Shown here in pieces: positions 61,686-64,000 of a stretch of DNA of 64,000 nucleotides. The DNA is from the human T2T-CHM13v2.0 reference genome, Homo sapiens. Each line of letters begins with the position of its first letter. Position 1 is the first letter of the stretch. Both the position numbers and the translations under genes were made by a program. Where the stretch lies: NCBI RefSeq assembly GCF_009914755.1, contig NC_060932.1; one strand, written 5' to 3'. The notes under the pieces were generated by a model, which searched no databases, was not told the origin of the DNA, and worked only from the letters and a program-made list of their open reading frames with translations.

Positions 61686-62784
61686 AGTTGAGTTCAATGC
61701 TAACATTAATTTCTGGCATGGGAGTACTTGTATTAATTTAAGATATTAGGTTAATGGCTAATAATAACTTTTTTGTTTGTTTCTGAAAGGTAGAAACAAG
61801 CCAGCGAGACTGGGCATGCTTGTGTCACTAACTCTCTTTGGGACGATATTACAGGCTAGTGAGATCAACCAACGAGGTCAGCTGATCCACTTTTTTATTC
61901 TTCCTTTTTTAAAAAGTAAAAGCTGGAGAAAGGAGCTGGCTAAGTCCAAGGCTATTTAGATTGTGTGTGGTTTTCTGGAAAACATCTTCAGTGCACGGGG
62001 TGAGGAGTTGAAGGTTTATTTTTACGTGTCTGTTTTTAGCTGCACATCCACTTTGCTGGCTCACGGTGGAAGCCCCTTTGTATGAGACATCCCTGACTGC
62101 ATTTGACCCGGGAGCACAACCCATGCCAAATGATCATTTCTCACAGGCTGCTTGACGTTCTGGAGAGAGGAAACACCTTGATAACTCACTGAGATGTGTT
62201 ATGTCAGAGAAAGTGTGCCATGGATCCCCGACAGCTCCCACGGGGCCTCTCAGTGGCGCAGCGTTGAGTGCCAGGGACTCCCCGCTCCCCTGCTCAAGGC
62301 CCACTGCTCTTCGCCTCTCCTTACCCGGCCGTGTACACTTGGCTGCCATTTTCTCAAACACACTTACGCAGTGGTATTTTGTAACGACGTCAATTCTTTT
62401 CCTGCCTGACCCAGAAGATTACAGTGACTCAATGCTGGCTGGTCAACCTTAAAGATTAAATCGGGGACATTGGCTTAATGATTTTAACAGCTAGTGTAAA
62501 GGATTTCCCAAGTATGAGAATCAGGATGGGAAGGAGGGTTGGGATTTTATTTAATCTTAAAGAGAAAGTCAGTAACACAGCTGAAAGCAAACTTTACTTT
62601 TGTATTTCTTAAATAAAAAGCTTCAAGTTTAAAAGATTTAAACAGAAATATAGGTTCTAATGGAGAATCAACATACACCAAATGGATAAAATGCCTTACC
62701 ATCTGAATGAATATCCAACTCTATGTTGGAAACTATGCAAGAATCATTATTATTCTATGATTGTGATATCTATTTGCTCTAGTT

Positions 62785-62950
62785 CAGTGCTTCTCAAATG
62801 TTAATATGCCTAAGGGTCTCCTGGGGAGCTTGTTCATAATGCAAATTCATGGATCACATCCTCAGACCTCAGTAGGTATGGAGTGGGCCCCAGGAATAGG
62901 AATTAAATAAGCGCTCCCAGCGATTCCAATGCAATGCAGATGGTTGTGGA
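62785..62950. mobile_element. MER5-like hAT relic
   Basis: cagtgcttctcaaa..cctggggagcttgtt..gtgggccccaggaat. Confidence 0.65.
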
Positions 62951-63821
62951 GATGGGGCCCCCTTAGCCACCCTCTGGGCACTGACAGAAAATGAAGGAAA
63001 AATAAGAAAGCCTATGGCAATTAAGCTTTATGAACATACCTGCTCAGAAAAACCTTTTTTTTCACTCCAACTTCTAGCATCCCAGAGAGAAATACAGTTT
63101 CAAGAGAAGGGAAGCCCTGGAATAGTGATTTCTTTGTAGAGCTTAGTATACTGTCTAGAAGTATTTGGAAATCCATTTAGCAGATAATAAAAATTCCTGC
63201 CTGGAATTTGCTGAGGACAAATCTAGGTGTGTGCTCCAGGATTCTGCGTCTGGTCTGGAGCGCTTCCCTGTTGAGCTCTGTGTCCTTGCTCTCCATCCTC
63301 CCAAGCAGTTGCACGTGGTGGTGGGGCTGTGGTGCCGGCCAGGTGGGACGGGGAATGCCTGGGCAAGCCGGCTGCCCGGCCACTGGGCTACCCTGCCAAG
63401 CTGTTACTGGGCGCTGGGCTGCTGCATATGGGTCAAAGGAAAGGAGAGGGGTGAGTGATAGCCTCCTCCTTGGCTTACAGAGTGTGTCCTCTCTCAAATT
63501 TAGGAAAGTCTTGTTTTTCTCTTTGAGGAGAATCAGGCCAAATTACTTTATTTTTAAAATACTGTATGTAGACTCCATGGATGAATAGAGATGCAGTACT
63601 TGCAAGAAAATATCAACAACAAAAACACCTCTTTTCTTTTGTGATTTATTTTCCTGCTGCCATCTTGAAAGGCACCAGTCACTTGAAGCTTCTTGGGAAG
63701 GCAGACATGTTATGTAAGGTGACCGATTCTGCCCTCGGTGCCTGTGAGTTCTATATAAATTACCTACTGGACTTGGATATCTCACAGAAACTGCAAACTT
63801 GATGTGCACAAAAACTGGGTG

Positions 63822-64000
63822 TACTATCAAAATCCCTTCGGTGTTTTTTGCAGAAATAGAAAAAAGTTCATCCTAAAATTCATATAAGAGCTCAAGGGAC
63901 CCTAAATACCCAAAATAATTTTGAAAAATAAGAACAAAGGAGGTGAATGCTTCCTGATTTCGTATTACATATTACAAAGCTACAGTAATCAAAACTGTGT
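63822..64000 (+). mobile_element. L1 ORF2 fragment running off the window
   Basis: atcaaaatccc..ttttgcagaaatagaaaaa..cctaaaattcatat..tacaaagctacagtaatcaaaac. Confidence 0.85.

Overview
Repeat-dense primate (catarrhine, probably human) intergenic or intronic DNA. It holds about 45 Alu elements, including AluY-like copies, plus nested L1s, MaLR/ERV LTRs, MIR/L2 and Tc-mariner/hAT relics. I see no supportable spliced protein-coding gene, rRNA, tRNA or CRISPR array. Most ORF-track entries are Alu/L1/LTR artefacts. Main non-trivial content: (1) a CHCHD2 processed retrocopy (8577-9359, minus strand) with a near-full-length open ORF and an intact twin CX9C motif; (2) a decayed endogenous retrovirus at ~1280-6410 with an ERVL-type integrase DDE core, a gamma-type env TM region, a PPT, a 3' LTR and a related LTR inserted antisense; (3) an L1 with both ends intact (11434-20561), nested in an older L1 and carrying a ~74-bp tandem array in its 5' region; (4) a 244-bp, ~95% identical direct duplication (28906-29149 and 31412-31655); (5) a perfect HNF1 palindrome and a few candidate enhancer or exon segments. 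Repeat family names are from recalled consensus sequences and need RepeatMasker/Dfam confirmation. I found no convincing evidence of a wholly new biological system.
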